Source: Botryllus schlosseri
Taxonomy: Eukaryota
Assembly (NCBI GenBank): GCA_051294905.1
Contig: CM119372.1
Location: 4,900,001-4,964,000, forward strand
Length of the DNA: 64,000 nucleotides
Direction of reading: 5' to 3'
Below the pieces are notes generated by a model, which ran no database searches, had not been told where the DNA came from, and saw nothing but the letters and a program-made list of their open reading frames with translations. Of this stretch, positions 1 to 14,125 are shown piece by piece. Both the position numbers and the translations under genes were made by a program. Positions within the stretch are counted from its first letter, which is position 1. Each line of letters opens with the position of its first letter.

Positions 1-47
1 ACAAAGTTCAGAGATTTATGGTTTTACGGAATAAATTTGATGTTGGA

Positions 48-252
48 GCGTCCGGCTTCTGGATCGATAGTACGGGGATTCAATTGCGGTCCCGGCCAGA
101 CCAAAGACTGAATCCCGAAGCTCGTCAAACTGAATCCACGGATTACCCGAATATCGTGGAGAGGGGGAATTTGTTGTTCTGTCTTGATAACTTGACAGCT
201 TCTTCACATCTCCAGCGTCCAAGCACCTCGATGGTGCAGACGAGAATCAAAA
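48..252 (+). mobile_element. Degenerate tRNA-derived SINE copy
   Basis: Shares the head (CGTCCGGCTTCT..GATCG, CCCGGCC..AGACCAAAGAC) and tail (CTCGATGGTGCAG.CGA) with the SINEs at 10865-11680 and 45891-46227. Confidence 0.6.
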
Positions 253-2964
253 TGCCTTCCTCATTAGACAATACTGAACACGCGCGCCATGATCGGTCAG
301 CATATATTTGGGCCATGCATCACACGAACATGGTCCTACATGCATAGTCCTCGCCATTATGAAACAAAGTTTCTTGACACGGGATGTACGAGCCACCAAC
401 AGGCGCATATGAAGCCTGTGACGCCGTTTAGAGCAAATGCGGAAATATGGTACGTCATTTGCGGTTGGCTGATATGGAAAAGTGAATGATGCGGCGTCTC
501 ATTAAATCAATTAAATTACGATACTTGTACGCTATGGTCGAGCTTAATTCGTAACGCCATTTTTCATTGAAATAATTAAGGAGTCCGTCGCTATTGTGAC
601 ACCGGTATATTTAGGAATTTATCTCAGAGTAAAACACATTGGTGAACTCATGATCTGAATCAGATCCGCGAAAGCGGTATCCAACAAAGGCCTGGTACGA
701 ACATGGCCCGTGTTGTACGTCGGCTGCATCGGAATCATAAACAAGATGGATCGCACATAACGTACTTCCGTATAATGCAGGGTGCACATTAACCCGTTAA
801 TTCTTTTAAACTGTCGGCATATAACCTCCCCCAGAAGCTACAAACGAATTCAATTCAATCGACGATAGTATATTGAAAATTTCTCGGCACGAATTTGTCA
901 TCGTCCGGTAGTTATTGTAACATTCGGTTGACCGTAACGTACAACAAATTCCATTCATGTTTGTTCGAATGTAGCAAAGGATCTGAATGTCGGGGGGATC
1001 GATTCCCAAGACAGCAAACTGCAGACATGGGGCGGAAATATTAACAACCAAAATATCATATTTTCCCGTTAATTACTCGTTACTATAACCCGAGATATTT
1101 ACGATAGCCCCCCACAAAATATTACTATGTGGGTGATTCAGGTCAATAAGCAAGACCCAACGATAATGCTAGCGTGTGAAAGTTGAAATCGCGCTCACAG
1201 TCTCAATATAGCGGCGTTCGTGTTACAAATATTCGTCCGGTAATAACAGGTTTATTAAGCTCCGTGACATAGGGATGAGTCCGTTCCTATGACTACACGC
1301 TTCCTATACGGGCAGCAACGTACGAGCGAGTGAGTGTAATCCAGTGTCTCTGTCACTTCCATTATGAACTTCGCAGTATTGAAATTATAGAACAACCTGC
1401 TCACGTAGGAAGAAACGATCTTTAGTAATGGTAAAGCAGTATGGCGTGAGAACAACTACAACGCCGTCAGAGCGTCCCGCAACGATAATGTAGACGCCCA
1501 GGCAAGATTACTAAACCTTGTCAGCCTCGACATAGGTGTGCTCGTGACATATGTGAAAACGCATTCGTTTTGCGTTACATATGCACAAAGATACACGTCC
1601 GCCATTTTGAATCGCGTTCCCAAACTCTTCGCGAAATACAGTTGTATTCTATGTTGAGGGTATTTCAATTCAAAACGCTATGCATCCTTGAACTAGTCGA
1701 AAATGCGTCATGGCCATCTGTTATTCCCTTTATCCTTTGAGAACCACGATCTGACAGATGATAAATCTCGGGCCTGCATAGATTGCGACAATTTCTCAAA
1801 TAAGGACATCATGAAAGTCAAATCAATTGTCCTGAAGATGATAGATTTTGAATTGCGTAATGCGTAAGAAAAATTACAGTGTGTTGGTTATCTTCACAAA
1901 TATCTGGCGGACGAAATTTGATACTTTGATTGCTATTCTTCAGATCGAAGCTATCGGAGTGTAGCAGGTCATAGGACATAATTGCATGTGTGCGCGATTC
2001 AAGGGATCCGATGCTGAGAGAGCTGTGTAATTTTCTTCATTGATAACGCTATAAGCTCCGCCGCAGCTCATCAATGACTATTTACACCCCTTGCACAATC
2101 TGAGAGCCGGCGTAGTTGATCAAACGCATTTGGCGCAATAATATGTTTTGACGTAGCCTACACCTATTGGCGGATAGATCTCACATATTTTCGATTATCA
2201 GAGGAAATGTTCGCCCACGACATAATGGAATTTGGAAATAGACTATAAGCATCCATATATAGTTACATCATTTTTGATCTGGCTGTTTTCGTTTAGCGTT
2301 CTGGGGCGTATCGTGATACGTAACTTAAAAAAAGCTCTGAGTGATTTACTTTGTTACTTCATACAGAACGCAGTATTAACGCGATGAAGATTTTGAGTTA
2401 CTTGACGTGCTTGTGAATTTCATACAGTAAGCGTTTTTAGTGATAGCTACCGTGAACATATTAATGGTAACACAATTGCAGCCTGCACGCGTTCCGAGCG
2501 ACAACGCCAATTCACATAACCGGTTTCGCATTGCAAAAGTTAAGACGCGCCGATTCGCCGTTGCATTAATCATGAGTCGTATTTAAATTATACATAGAAT
2601 CCGATACCCGTAATTTTGAGCAACGGCAGCATTTGAACAAATATTTCGTGTCTATCGCTTTGTTCGGATTCGTGACCTATCACGAAACCGATTCCATTTC
2701 TTTTACTCCGACTTCTTCCTCGGATGTAACTGGATATATTTCCTAGTACTCTCGTTCGGTCGTTCCGACGCCTGGCACCTATTGCAATATGTCATAACAT
2801 TGATATTTTATACACTTGAAATTTGATTACGCGTCTCAATTGAAAATTCATGTTTCTTTAATCAAGAACAAAATTAAAAGATAGCCTGGTTGGATATCTA
2901 AGAGGTCTCGCCTTACATACATTTCTGATTTCAATCGCGCATTCTACAAGCTCTTCTTTTGCAG

Positions 2965-4567
2965 ACGGAAATCATTTAGGGGGAGATTCGACTATGAAAG
3001 GGAAGAAAAAGAAAATGAGGAAGCCAAGAACCATATACTCAAGTCTTCAGTTACAAGCGTTGAATAGGCGTTTTCAACAGACGCAGTACCTGGCATTACC
3101 GGAGCGCGCAGAGCTCGCGGCCTCTTTAGGATTGACACAGACTCAGGTAAATAAATACCTTAGCGTCTGATTCCCTAAACGCTTGTTGAGTCATAAACAT
3201 AACGAGAAGGAATAAGCAACGACCGCGAGACGTTGAAGGGTGGACGTAAAGGATCCCGACGGGTCAATAGTTTACTAAAACATATTATGACCGGGCCGGT
3301 GGGTTTGGAGAAAATTCGCGTTTGATGTCATGGAATATTTCAATCAGATGAACCGCAATGTATAAGGCTCATTCATTTCGCTGTCGATAGAACAGGCATA
3401 AGCGAATTCCTTCTCACCAAGACCCACAAAGTGGAAACCAAGCGCCGCATCGCTGGTTTTTAAAAATGTAATGAACCAAAATTCATCGCTGTATTGGAAA
3501 ATCATATGCCCCTATACTTAATTAATATGCGGCGGTGCTAGTCGTCGGAGGGGGTCGGATATTTTGTTGTCTGACATGCTTCGATGGCGATAGTGCACGG
3601 CGTAATATACGTGAACGCGTTCACGCTCGAGATCGTATACGAGACAAGGTATATAACGAAGAGTATTCCGACCAAAAATATATCAAAAACTTGCGTCAAC
3701 AACATATAGATTCTGATGGTTTATGACTTTATGTGACACTTGCATTTGAGCGATAAGTGTGCTTAGAATAAATTTGTTATTCATCGTTCAAGATTGCCTA
3801 TACAGCAAATAGGCCACTCGATATTTAAACCGTTCCCATCACATTATACCTTGAATTGGCAGGTAAAAATCTGGTTCCAAAACCGACGCTCGAAATTCAA
3901 AAAGCTCATGAAACAAGGCCACCAGGACAAGGACAATCCTTTATTATCGTCTTCAAACAATAACGGCAATAACAATTCCGCCAGTCCGGCCTCGATGACT
4001 TCGCCTATCATGGAGCCCAATTCTAACGGGGTCGACACGAACGGCAGCAACGGGCAGACCTGGAGTCCAAGTTCTGGCGGAGACCGCTCGCCTCAATCCC
4101 AATCCACTTCCGGCATGTCACCCCCTCCGCATGGCATGACCTCTCCGCACACAGTTACTTCAGCGCAGTACGACATGATGTCACCCTCCCAGCATGTGCT
4201 TGGCCTACCTCCACCAAACGCGCCTGATACGCCTCACCACCAAGCGATGAAGACAGAAATGTCATCACCAGGCGGACATCCATTACCGCACAGCGCCGGA
4301 GTACTGCCGCCATTTTCTATTCCTGCCAACACGCTGGCATCGGTGTCGCAGGCCGACGTGACTTCCTCTGAATCCAGTCACGACCCGTACGCTGCGGTAT
4401 CTATGCATCATCCGAATTCGATGCACGTCGGGCATCCTCCACTGCCGCATCAGCAACAGGGTATGATGAGTTCTGGGTTCTGGTACGCGGGCGCCGAAGA
4501 CGGTCAGTCCGCGGCGCAAGCGCTTCAACATAATCCCCAAGGCATGAGGACGCCTTTCTTGAAATGA
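2965..4567 (+). CDS. Dlx: Distal-less/Dlx homeobox transcription factor, last two coding exons (2965-3146, 3863-4567); upstream exon(s) not identified
   Basis: Spliced translation gives [65 protein letters not shown]. The phase-0 GT-AG intron sits at the canonical Q/VKIWF position. The C-terminus is Ser/Pro/His-rich with an FWY motif. Confidence 0.96.
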
Positions 4568-6553
4568 GCCTCAATTATAAGATTCGAATCAGTCATCGCA
4601 TAAAGAGAAGCGCGTGGTGGTTCGAATCAGGTGGGAAGCGCCTTTGAACCGAAACGAGACGGTGACGCATTTACGGAACACGACGGGTTGAAGGTCATGA
4701 TGTAACAAAATGAGTACACTGTGAGAAAACCGCATTCGTTAGATGCGTTGAAAAAGCCGAAACGATCCGCGCGACGCAGGATTAACCACATCGCAAACGG
4801 ATTCGGACGCAGTGCAAACACACGTACATCGTTTTGGAGTTCCTGTATATAAAGACAAAGGCGAAAGCTTTGTACTAGACGTTTTTATCCTGATTCGAGA
4901 TGCGCCGACTTTTTTTAACGTGTATCTCACAAAGGCAATTATTTGCACAAAGGTAACTGTGTTACGCGCATTGAAATAGGCTGCAGGTTCTTACCCGCTT
5001 CACCTTTCCTATTGCTGACTGGACCAGCTCATAATTATATAGGTGACTGTACTTGTTAAGTTTTATGCACTGAGTTTCCTCGGTGTATATATGCCTTGAT
5101 ATCAATCATCGGTCTGGGACCTGATTTCATTGTTCATTTCATTATTCCTAAATTTCTTATTCGTTTTCTATTTATTTTGATTTTAATTTTATTTCGGCGT
5201 TTACCTTCACGATGTTGTTGGATTCTTTCCTCTCAGTGTAGTGAAGAAATGATTTTTGTCTCCTATGACAGAGAACGCACGACAGTGTCGTCATCTATAC
5301 TTTGACGAGAACCATGAAGTATAATGTCGCTTCTACTTCCCTAATGAGAAATAAATCACAATTCCGCCGTGCCAATTTCGTGCCGTATCAGAGCGATTCC
5401 GACAGCGCGGTCGTACGATTCCCAAACTCCAAAACGGAACGTACACCGCGTCTCGCCAGGAAAGGTTCCGGTAAGATAATTGCCAGTAATTGCCGAGTGT
5501 GTAGAATAAAATGTGTTGAAAAGTGAACGAGAGGAATTTTAAATACAAGGCACGGAACAGGAAACAGGTGAAACAATCTTAGAAATCCAGATAGGACATC
5601 GAGTACGCATCAGGCGAGCGTGAGATAGCGTACCTTCTTTTTAAGTGCATGACGAAATCTCGTAGGTTGGTCCAAGACCTCACTTCCTCTCAATAGCGCG
5701 GTGCCTGAACTCGCGCCGACGGTGTTTAATTAAAACGAGGTAATGACAGGTGTCGGGACTTGATAACATGTACAACATTAGCCACTACATGACCGCAGTG
5801 CCAGTCTTCGGGCAGCGAAATGACATTTCCGGAGGCTCGCGCATCCGCCGAGTGCGCCGCGCAGAGTCGACCGCGTCGAAAAGGCGATCAGCCAAGGAAT
5901 CAGACCTTGTCCTGCCTTGTGTACAGAGAATCGAACATAGCTGGTAGTTTCGAAAAGTGCAAGACGTTTGGTTAGGTGAAAAAACCTCATTGGAACTCGA
6001 AAACGAAGCCCGAAATCATTGGCATTTACGAGACATTCATCATATTACTCTAATTGACAAGTAGTAAGTTATCACGTCAAGCCACGATGAATGCGAAAGT
6101 AGTTGAGACACAAAGAAAGATTAACAATGATTGGTTCATCCAAACCCTCTAGTAATAGGGATTAAGTACGTGCTACCAGGGATTACGCCAATAATGCAGA
6201 TGGAGTGTCGTTGCATGCTTGCATGTTAGTTAGAGAAACAGTATGTAGTCGCAGACACGAGGGCGTGTACTCACGCGATTTTTTGTCCGTAAGATATAGT
6301 TGTCATGAAAATTTATTTGTCGATCATTCTTGAAGCAGTTTCGGTTGATTCATCAACAGTATCCAACGACACACCTCTGCCTGGAGGTGTGACGGATGGA
6401 TTTTACCTCCAACTTTCAAACGTATCGCGTGAGTTATTCACAAAGCGAACCCGAAAACACGAAAAAAAGCTTGAAGAATAACAACGGAGTCGAATCCAAG
6501 ATATCCGCAATTGAATATGAGAAGATATTGATCCCCATGAGAAGCCTCTACAA

Positions 6554-7006
6554 CAGTGGTTCTCTACCTACCCCTTTAGACTTTCAAGGACCCCCACGGA
6601 CACTCCCCCAGTTTTGGTTCACATTTAGAGCAATTATCGTGCAACCGTCAACCGTGTGCATATATTTACTGCGGACTAGTGACAAACAGCCACCAAATGT
6701 CTTTACTTGAAAATATCGTCATACTATTTATGTAGAAATTGGTAAATAGATATTTGCAACATTTTTTTTCCAAAACCCGAACAAAACAGCAATATCTCGG
6801 TATCAGTAGAAATTTGGCAATTAAAATGAGCTCGCACAGTAGAATATTTCATCTCAAACGGCCATTCTGTTCATTTGAGTCCCGAAGTTCTGGCAGTTAT
6901 GAAGCGAGACTTCCTCGTGATTTCTCTAAGTTAAAAAATTTAATTAGGTTGTTAACCAGCACTTTGCAAATTTGAGGTTTTGCGGACCCCCGATTGAGAT
7001 CCACAG
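6554..7006. mobile_element. Non-autonomous hAT (Buster/Charlie-like) MITE
   Basis: Ends CAGTGGTTCTC...GAGATCCACAG flanked by an 8-bp direct repeat CTCTACAA. Confidence 0.75.
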
Positions 7007-8183
7007 CTCTACAAGGCATGCCGGCAACAATTTCTTTATAACAGGGATAGATATTCGACATGAGTTGGAACTAACTTTCAAAATTACGAAGTTCACTTTT
7101 CCGATTTACTCAACTCATTTTCGAAAACCATTGCTATGATCCGACAAAAGCAATAATTTACCTATGCTCCTAAGTACTGCATAAGACCATCCAAGCGGAG
7201 CTATGAACCCAGTGTGAGTAGGGTTGCATTGAAAACAAAAATTAATTTTAAACAAGCATGTTTATAAAACATGACGCTTGTTCAAAGCATTTTTATTGTT
7301 TGTTTATTATTGTTTTGTTTTCAGCCATGACGTCACGAATCTTCAACTGTGCCTTCACAGTGGATTGGCATTGCTAGATGGCTCCCTAAAAAAAGTTTTT
7401 GTCATTTGTTTAAAACAATGTTTAAAAATGTTTTAAACAAAGTTTTTCATACACCTCTTACTCTAAATACAATCCTAAGTGTGACCAAATCTCTAACGGG
7501 ACCACAGCGAAGAAATTCGATAAAGCGATGTTCAAGCAGAGACGAATAGGCCTAGCTGCTAAATTTATAAGGTTATCTATTTTAAACTGCGCCATGCACT
7601 CTCTTGCTGTGTCTCAATGATTTCTCGCGTGGCTATGTATTAGAGATGGTGAGAAAAATTCTGGTTCGTCACACGAAACTACGACTTCTCGTCACAATCC
7701 TACTTACAAGCGCTACATATCTGTGAGTAATAAATGTAAACAATACTCGAGGGAAAATTTCCTGAGGACATCTTGAGGAGACGCGATAAAGCCACAGATT
7801 CATTGTCATATTCAACAATATAACTAGATCCCTATAACTTAATCCAAAATCTACGGGAGACACCCAATCTTCGCCAACTCCACCATCGTATAGGCTACGT
7901 CCGTCGTCCGTGTAGGTACATCAAAATATATGTAAATCGCGGGTGCGTTCACAGAACTTGGAGAACTCGGAGAATTTGCGGAGCCCAGCTGGAGCAATCT
8001 TTTACAACCGGACCGAACTATTAACTGCCGTTACACCAGACATAGGTAGCTCCGCCAATATGCGGAAATCTGGGCTGAGACTGTATATCGGTATAGCCCG
8101 CTCGCTACCGTGCGAAACAATTCATTTATATTGTTCACAACCAGAATAGCGTCATGTTTTACCATAATTTAGCGAGTTGTGGG

Positions 8184-8687
8184 TAGGGCTGGGCAAAATC
8201 GAGTACCTGAGTGATTCGATTCTGAATCTCGTAAAATGCTTCGAGTCGAGTAATCGAGTATCCCCCATTATGACGTCACAACAGAATGCAATATGTCAAA
8301 GTTCAAATATCTACCTTTTATGCGACCACAAAGGCTATAATTCCTGTTATCTATCACATTAAAGATACTTTGGTATTTTTTTGGACCATGCCGATTTCAT
8401 TGCACATGGTGACAATGTTTTGGGATGATCACGACTTCGGAAATGTGTTATTTTCAGTAACGTTCGTAGCTATGTACTATATGTTTCGTACGGCCAATAA
8501 AAGGTTTCAAGGCTTCAACAGTGAAAATGAGTATCGAAACTATAATTCTCATTGATAAATAAACTTTCAGTGGCGAGGAGCGTATAATTTCAGTATTCGA
8601 AAAAAATCGTCTTTACTACTCGACTCGAATCATTAAAGTTAATACTCGATTCATATTCGAGTACTCGAATCAGTGCGCCCAGCCCTA
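8184..8687. mobile_element. Non-autonomous DNA transposon with TAGGGCTGGGC TIRs
   Basis: TAGGGCTGGGC...GCCCAGCCCTA inverted ends with subterminal TCGAGTA/TACTCGA repeats; no clear TSD. Confidence 0.6.
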
Positions 8688-9355
8688 TAACTATAGTTAT
8701 GGAAAGTTGAATTTGAAGGAATTGTGATCACATATGTTAAGATTTCTGGAAATTTCTATTAATTTCACAACAACGATCAGAGTGTATATGTATAACCTAC
8801 ACCCCAAGGTTCGTTGGCGAATGAGCACCTCTGAAATGACAAGGTCCGCATACCGGACAAGAACTTGAACCGAACGTTACAACTATCGCTATATAATGGC
8901 TATCCTTGGTGACATTCTGAGCCATCATGAAATTCGCTATATTTTGCAGAGTGCCGGTGATAACTCGTCGCGGCCACCTAGCGTGTAGCTCGTGACAGGT
9001 GTAGCCAGAGCCGTGAAGTCGGTAAATTTTACCACCGACTTCAACTCCGACTCCGACTATGTTCTGAAGAGAACTGCGACTTCGACTCTAACAGTATTAC
9101 CAATATACTTCGAAAATTCTATGCCACAGTGACGATTAAATTACTATTATATAACCATTAAACATATGCAAACATATGATTAACGATAGCATACAAAATT
9201 GTTTCATTGTGACTCAGCTCGAATTATTCATCATTCAATTAACATAGAAGAATTCATTTCTAAATATCCTTCCTTTTTTCATATTCTATAAGTTTTTATC
9301 ACATGGAATCTCTAATACGCTAATATTTATGAATCATTCAAACATGACATATATC

Positions 9356-10643
9356 CAGAGGTGGTCAGTAACGAAGTACTTCTACTTTTTCGAAGTACTC
9401 AAGTAGTTTTGCTCTACTTCTGGTACTTACTCAAGTAGGTCTGATTTTAGCTACTTCCACTTCTACTTCGTAATATTTTGTGATCTACTTACTTACTTTT
9501 CGCTATTTTCAGTTTGTCAAGTAGAAGTAGTTTAATCCGCAAATCAGGAATATAGCCTGGGCAATTTCGGGGCTGTTTTCACGGAGTATCTACATTCAAT
9601 TTTCATAAAAGTTGAGTAAAGCCCAAAATTTTCTTCGCGATTCGTGCTCAGTGTATACGGCGTAACCAGTATGATGTCACGAAAGTATCGGTGAATATAT
9701 ATTAGGTAGAGGGTTGGCGTGGTTCCGTTCACACCGCATTGTCGCCCTTCGCCGATATGAAATATTTCATCACAGTATATATGGCTCATCATAACGCTGG
9801 AAACTGATGTTCGCAATCTAGCATTTACTTATCGTATCGTAATCTAGCAGTCCATGGCGCGTCCTATAGTCTTGAAAAGTGGACTCTGACTTTTTTTTTA
9901 GTTTTGGAGCTGTTTTAGCATACAACCTTTAAAAATTTCTGGATAAAGACATGAAATACATTTTTCACTTTTAGAAATAGTATTTATATTTCACTTTCAA
10001 TTTCTAGTATCAAATACTTTGAGTTCCAATTAATATCAGTTCTTTTGTCTGGATAACATACATGTTGAGGTATAAAAGCAAGTGCCTTTAATTTCCGGAA
10101 ATGAAGCTACACAATATGGCATTTTTACGGTACACTGTATTTTTTATTAACGTTTACTAATCGCGCAAAGTGTTTACACCGTATCCTGTACAACTTCTAC
10201 GTATTGCTCTTCGACTAAACTACGGGCCTTATAATAGTGGGGAGTGCGCCATACCATGATATTTTCTAAAACGTGCTGTTCGATCAAATAGAAGATTAGT
10301 ATCGCATTTTCATATCAATACTATCGTTTTCATCCTATGACGCCGACTAATGCTTATGCTGTCGAACATTGAATACTTCCTGGTATGCATCAATATTAAT
10401 CAAGCTCGGCACCTTTCGCATAGCTCAATCTGCACCTTTTGACAATCCATGCGAACGAATTACGATCGTTTTCACAGTTACTTACTTACTTGAGTAGATT
10501 TGAAGTCAGCCAATTCTACTTCTACTTTAAGTAGTTTCAGGCTGCTTATGGAAGAAGTACTTCTACTCGTACTTGAGTAGATTTTTTCGTCGCTACTTCT
10601 ACTTCTACTTGAGTAGCTTTCTTGACTACTTTGACCACCTCTG
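9356..10643. mobile_element. Non-autonomous hAT-like transposon (CAGAGGTGGT TIR)
   Basis: CAGAGGTGGTCA...TGACCACCTCTG with perfect 8-bp TSD CATATATC; TACTT-rich subterminal repeats; homologous along its length to 17095-18350 in opposite orientation. Confidence 0.88.
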
Positions 10644-10864
10644 CATATATCCAATCCTGCATAATTAAAATGTAGATAAACAATCGAAGTGTAGATCTTG
10701 TGTATGAGTCAGCAACTAATACAAAGGTGTAACTTACTAATTTTCTCATTACACACGATACTGATTACAAGCGCAGCACATACGCCGTCACTACTAATAA
10801 ACATTGGTCAGAAACGAAATTTAGGAAGTATAGTCAAATAGCATATGTCTAGTGTACATGCACT

Positions 10865-11629
10865 TAGTCAAGATAGTGTAATGGTTATGCGTCCGGCTTC
10901 TCGATCGGTAGGTCGTGGGTCCGAGCCCCGGCCGAGTCATACCAAACACTCGAAAATTGGTATCCGCAGCTACCAGTGATGAGCATCGGAGCGGAGTCGG
11001 AGTGGATTCGGAGCGGAGTTTTGCCAATTTTGTGACAGTCGGAGCGGAGTCGGAGTTTACTACAGATATTTTTTCGGAGAATTTCGGAGTATTGTAACTT
11101 TTGTCTCCGATATATTTGGATAGATCTGACCAGAATACACTATTGATTATGATCAGAAACCAAAACACAGACAGTTGACACCTTGTAAAGTTGTAATATG
11201 ACGGGTAACATGCAAAAATGATTGCCAAGTGCATAAAAATCAGCCATCTGCACTGCAATTGGGGACTGGAGAGTAAACAATACTATGAGGCCAACCATAT
11301 TATCACATGTACGATGTTATGTAGGCTACCATGTGTATCATGTACCATGCTTGCCACTGTTTCGGATACTTGACGAGATTCATCGGAGTATCTCGGAGCC
11401 TGGGATTGAGCTCTTCGGAGTCGGAGGGAGTTTTCCTCAGACACTAAAGTTGTCGGAGGGATTCAGAGTCTCGAAAAGCACTATCTGCTCATCACTGGCA
11501 GCTACCCCGCTAGGCGCTCAGCAATCACGGATAGCATGGAGGAGAAAAAACGGGGGCGCAGACTAGATGACCTCACGGCCGTATCGCAACTCCGTCGTCA
11601 AAGCATCTCGATGGTGCAGGCGAAAACGA

Positions 11630-11679
<50 letters not shown>

Positions 11680-11680
11680 T
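10865..11680 (+). mobile_element. tRNA-derived SINE interrupted by a MITE, ending in (CT)n(CA)n
   Basis: A-box-like TAGTGTAATGG and B-box-like GGTCCGAGCCC. The body resumes after the 10974-11497 insert. Homologous to 45891-46227. Confidence 0.8.
10974..11497. mobile_element. hAT-like MITE inserted in the SINE
   Basis: TIR CAGTGATGAGCA / TGCTCATCACTG with perfect 8-bp TSD GCAGCTAC. Confidence 0.88.
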
Positions 11681-12859
11681 AGGACTTGCAGTCTTTATTA
11701 ATCATTTGTTCGATCCAAGCAGCTGAACTACACTACAAATATTTTTAATTTTGTCAAGTGGGAAGCAGCGTTTGGTTATATATTTGGTATACATCAATTT
11801 TTACAATTTGACAAAACCAGACGAAGTATTTATTCTGTCACAGTATCATGGTATAATTTCAAAAAATGCATCAATTTGGGGCTGCAACGCGAAGATGCAT
11901 ATTGCGATTTTCTTCCTCTATGTAACTGAATTGCAATTTGCAAATAATGTCCAATTTTATCAATATCGCTACTAATAACAGTGATTGGTGGTACATAAAA
12001 ATATTATTTTAGTAATTATTACCATAGAGATACCTTTGAAAGCAATTGTTTTCATAATAAAGAAGTCGGAGTCGAAGTCAGGGTCCTTTTCACAAACTCC
12101 GACGCCGACTCCAATCAGTATTTCTTCCACGACTCCGACTCCAGCCACTACAGTTTTCACGACTGCGATTCCAAGGCGTGCTGAAAAATTTTAGACTCCA
12201 ACTCCGACTGCATTAAGCGAAAAATTATAGTCCAACTCCGACTCCACAGCCCATGGTTAGCTATAATACTGCGTAGTCTGCTATTGCAACATAGTAAATT
12301 ACGAACTAGCACATACGATTATCATTATTTCGAATGGGAAACCATTAGTATGAACAACGCAGAATAAATAGGATATTTATCAAGTTAAGAGCCAGTAAAA
12401 CAACAACGAATTGCCACTGTAGAAAAATCAGCAGGCCTACGCCAGAAATAAAAAAAAAGGATATCCAACGCGAATTCCATTGAACTTCAATACTGTACTG
12501 GCCATATGGTGGCGTTAGATCACTAGTAGATTAGTCATGTGAAACTGTTTATGAATATTGAAATATATAGTATAGAATTTGAAATCCTATTAGTCACAAC
12601 TACTCAACCAGCATGATGTTCATATCGCACGATTGCACTGGGATCAAGTCGGAGGTCGCTTCTAGAAAGTACAACGGCAACGAGATGCTTGTCAGAATAT
12701 TTCGCAAAGGGTGAAGGAGCGATAGCGCGTGATATCTATCTGTGGTACTGCTGTGACTCCAGCTAGAATGCAGTGTTGCATTTAAAAAATCCTTTATCCG
12801 CAGTTCAAATACGGCGACTTTCTGATGTGAATAGATACTGTCAGGTTTTTCCCAATATT

Positions 12860-13575
12860 ATCATCATCATCATCATTGGTTTATTAGCAATTTTATCAGT
12901 TCAATACACCACAAAAAATGCGATACAATGAAAAGACAGGAAGATGTCGAAGCGACAAGGAGTAGTCTATGGAACTGACACCCACCTTGGCCTAGGCGAT
13001 GTAAAGAGGAGGCATGCACACTGAATGAAAGTAAAGAAGATAGTATAGAAAAAGAAAGCGACAAGAAATAGGGCGGCATGCCATGGGAAGCGAGATCGAT
13101 AGGTCAGTCGTGGCCCGGTAATCTTGAGAATGGACTGTATTTATTTAGTAGTAATTGCTTGTATTTCGACTTGAATGTGGACATGCTCGTCGACTGTCGG
13201 ATGGCCGGCGGGATACTGTTCCACACATCAGGTCCGGCATATTTGATAGAGCGATGATCTTTTCGGTCGATCATATGATATTTGGACGACGTGGACGCGC
13301 GTGTGTTGTACTTGTGCGTTTTTGATTTCGAGATAAAGAAGTCATTGAAATATTCGGGGCAACGACCGCAGTGGAACTGATACATAAACTTGGCGATTTC
13401 TAGTTTCCGCATATCTTCTATGTTTAGGACGCCGAATCTCTTCAGCAGCGACTTGTTGGATGGGCAGCCAGGCCCATTTGGGGCCCTAGCTATGATTCGG
13501 AGTACTTTATGCTGTAGTTTTTGCAGTGGCTTGAGTGCAGTTTTACTGGCAGTCCTCCCAACAGAGGATGCCATA
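12860..13575 (-). mobile_element. 5'-truncated non-LTR retrotransposon (CR1/L2/Crack-like): ORF2 C-terminus, 3' UTR and (TGA)n tail
   Basis: ORF 13104-13574 reads LQKLQHKVLRII...HKYNTR...SIKYAGPDVWNSIPPAIR..SMSTFKSKYK, typical of CR1-group ORF2 ends. The 3' UTR recurs at 13930-14125 and 34625-34786. Confidence 0.8.
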
Positions 13576-13929
13576 ATGTAACTTCGATTGGATTAAGGAT
13601 TTAAAGAGTATCAGAAGAACCCACCTTTCATTGCGACCATAACATATTTGGAGCGCAGTGCACCTTTAATATTTAGAAATATAGCACGCGATAATGTCGT
13701 CGCGGTGGAATGAAAGTAGCTGATGTCTATTTTTCAAATTTTGAGATCCAATTTTAAAACTTTGTAAAACTAAGTTTATCTATAAGCTATTATACTGTCG
13801 TCGAGCATGTCCAGGTCCACATTTAAGTCGAAATATGAGCAATTTTACTGAATCAATACTAGTCAGCCCTCAGCTTACCGGACGACGACCAGACATGAAT
13901 CCCGCCTTCCATCACATGCCACCTCATTT

Positions 13930-14125
13930 TATTGCTTGTCCTTTTGTATTATTTTCTATTACTTTTCATTCAATGTGCAATGTGTATGCTTCCTCTTTAC
14001 ATCGCCCAAGCCAGGTGGGTGTCTGATTTTAAAGACTACTCCAAGTCGTTTCGACATCTTCTAATCTTTTCATTGTAACGCAGTCTTGTGGTGGTTTGAA
14101 ATGATAAAATTCTTAATAAACTGAC
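13930..14125 (+). mobile_element. 3' UTR fragment of the same LINE family, inverted relative to 12880-13060
   Basis: TTACTTTTCATTCA...CCTCTTTACATCGCCCAAGCCAGGTGGGTGTC...GACTACTCC is the reverse complement of 12920-13035. Confidence 0.7.

Larger units (their letters stand above)
9006..12255. mobile_element. Older non-autonomous DNA transposon with ACTCCG subterminal arrays, hosting three nested insertions
   Basis: Imperfect TIRs CAGAGCCGTGAAGTCGG / CCGACTCCACAGCCCATG and (ACTCCG)n arrays near both ends. Confidence 0.55.

Noticed and set aside
10865..10937. tRNA gene-like sequence (also 46150-46222)
   Set aside because: Poor acceptor-stem pairing and it continues into a shared repeat body and tail, so it is a SINE head.
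10821..11258. 145-aa ORF and similar short ORFs in 5-16 kb
   Set aside because: They span SINE/MITE boundaries, show no domain signal and fit chance ORFs.
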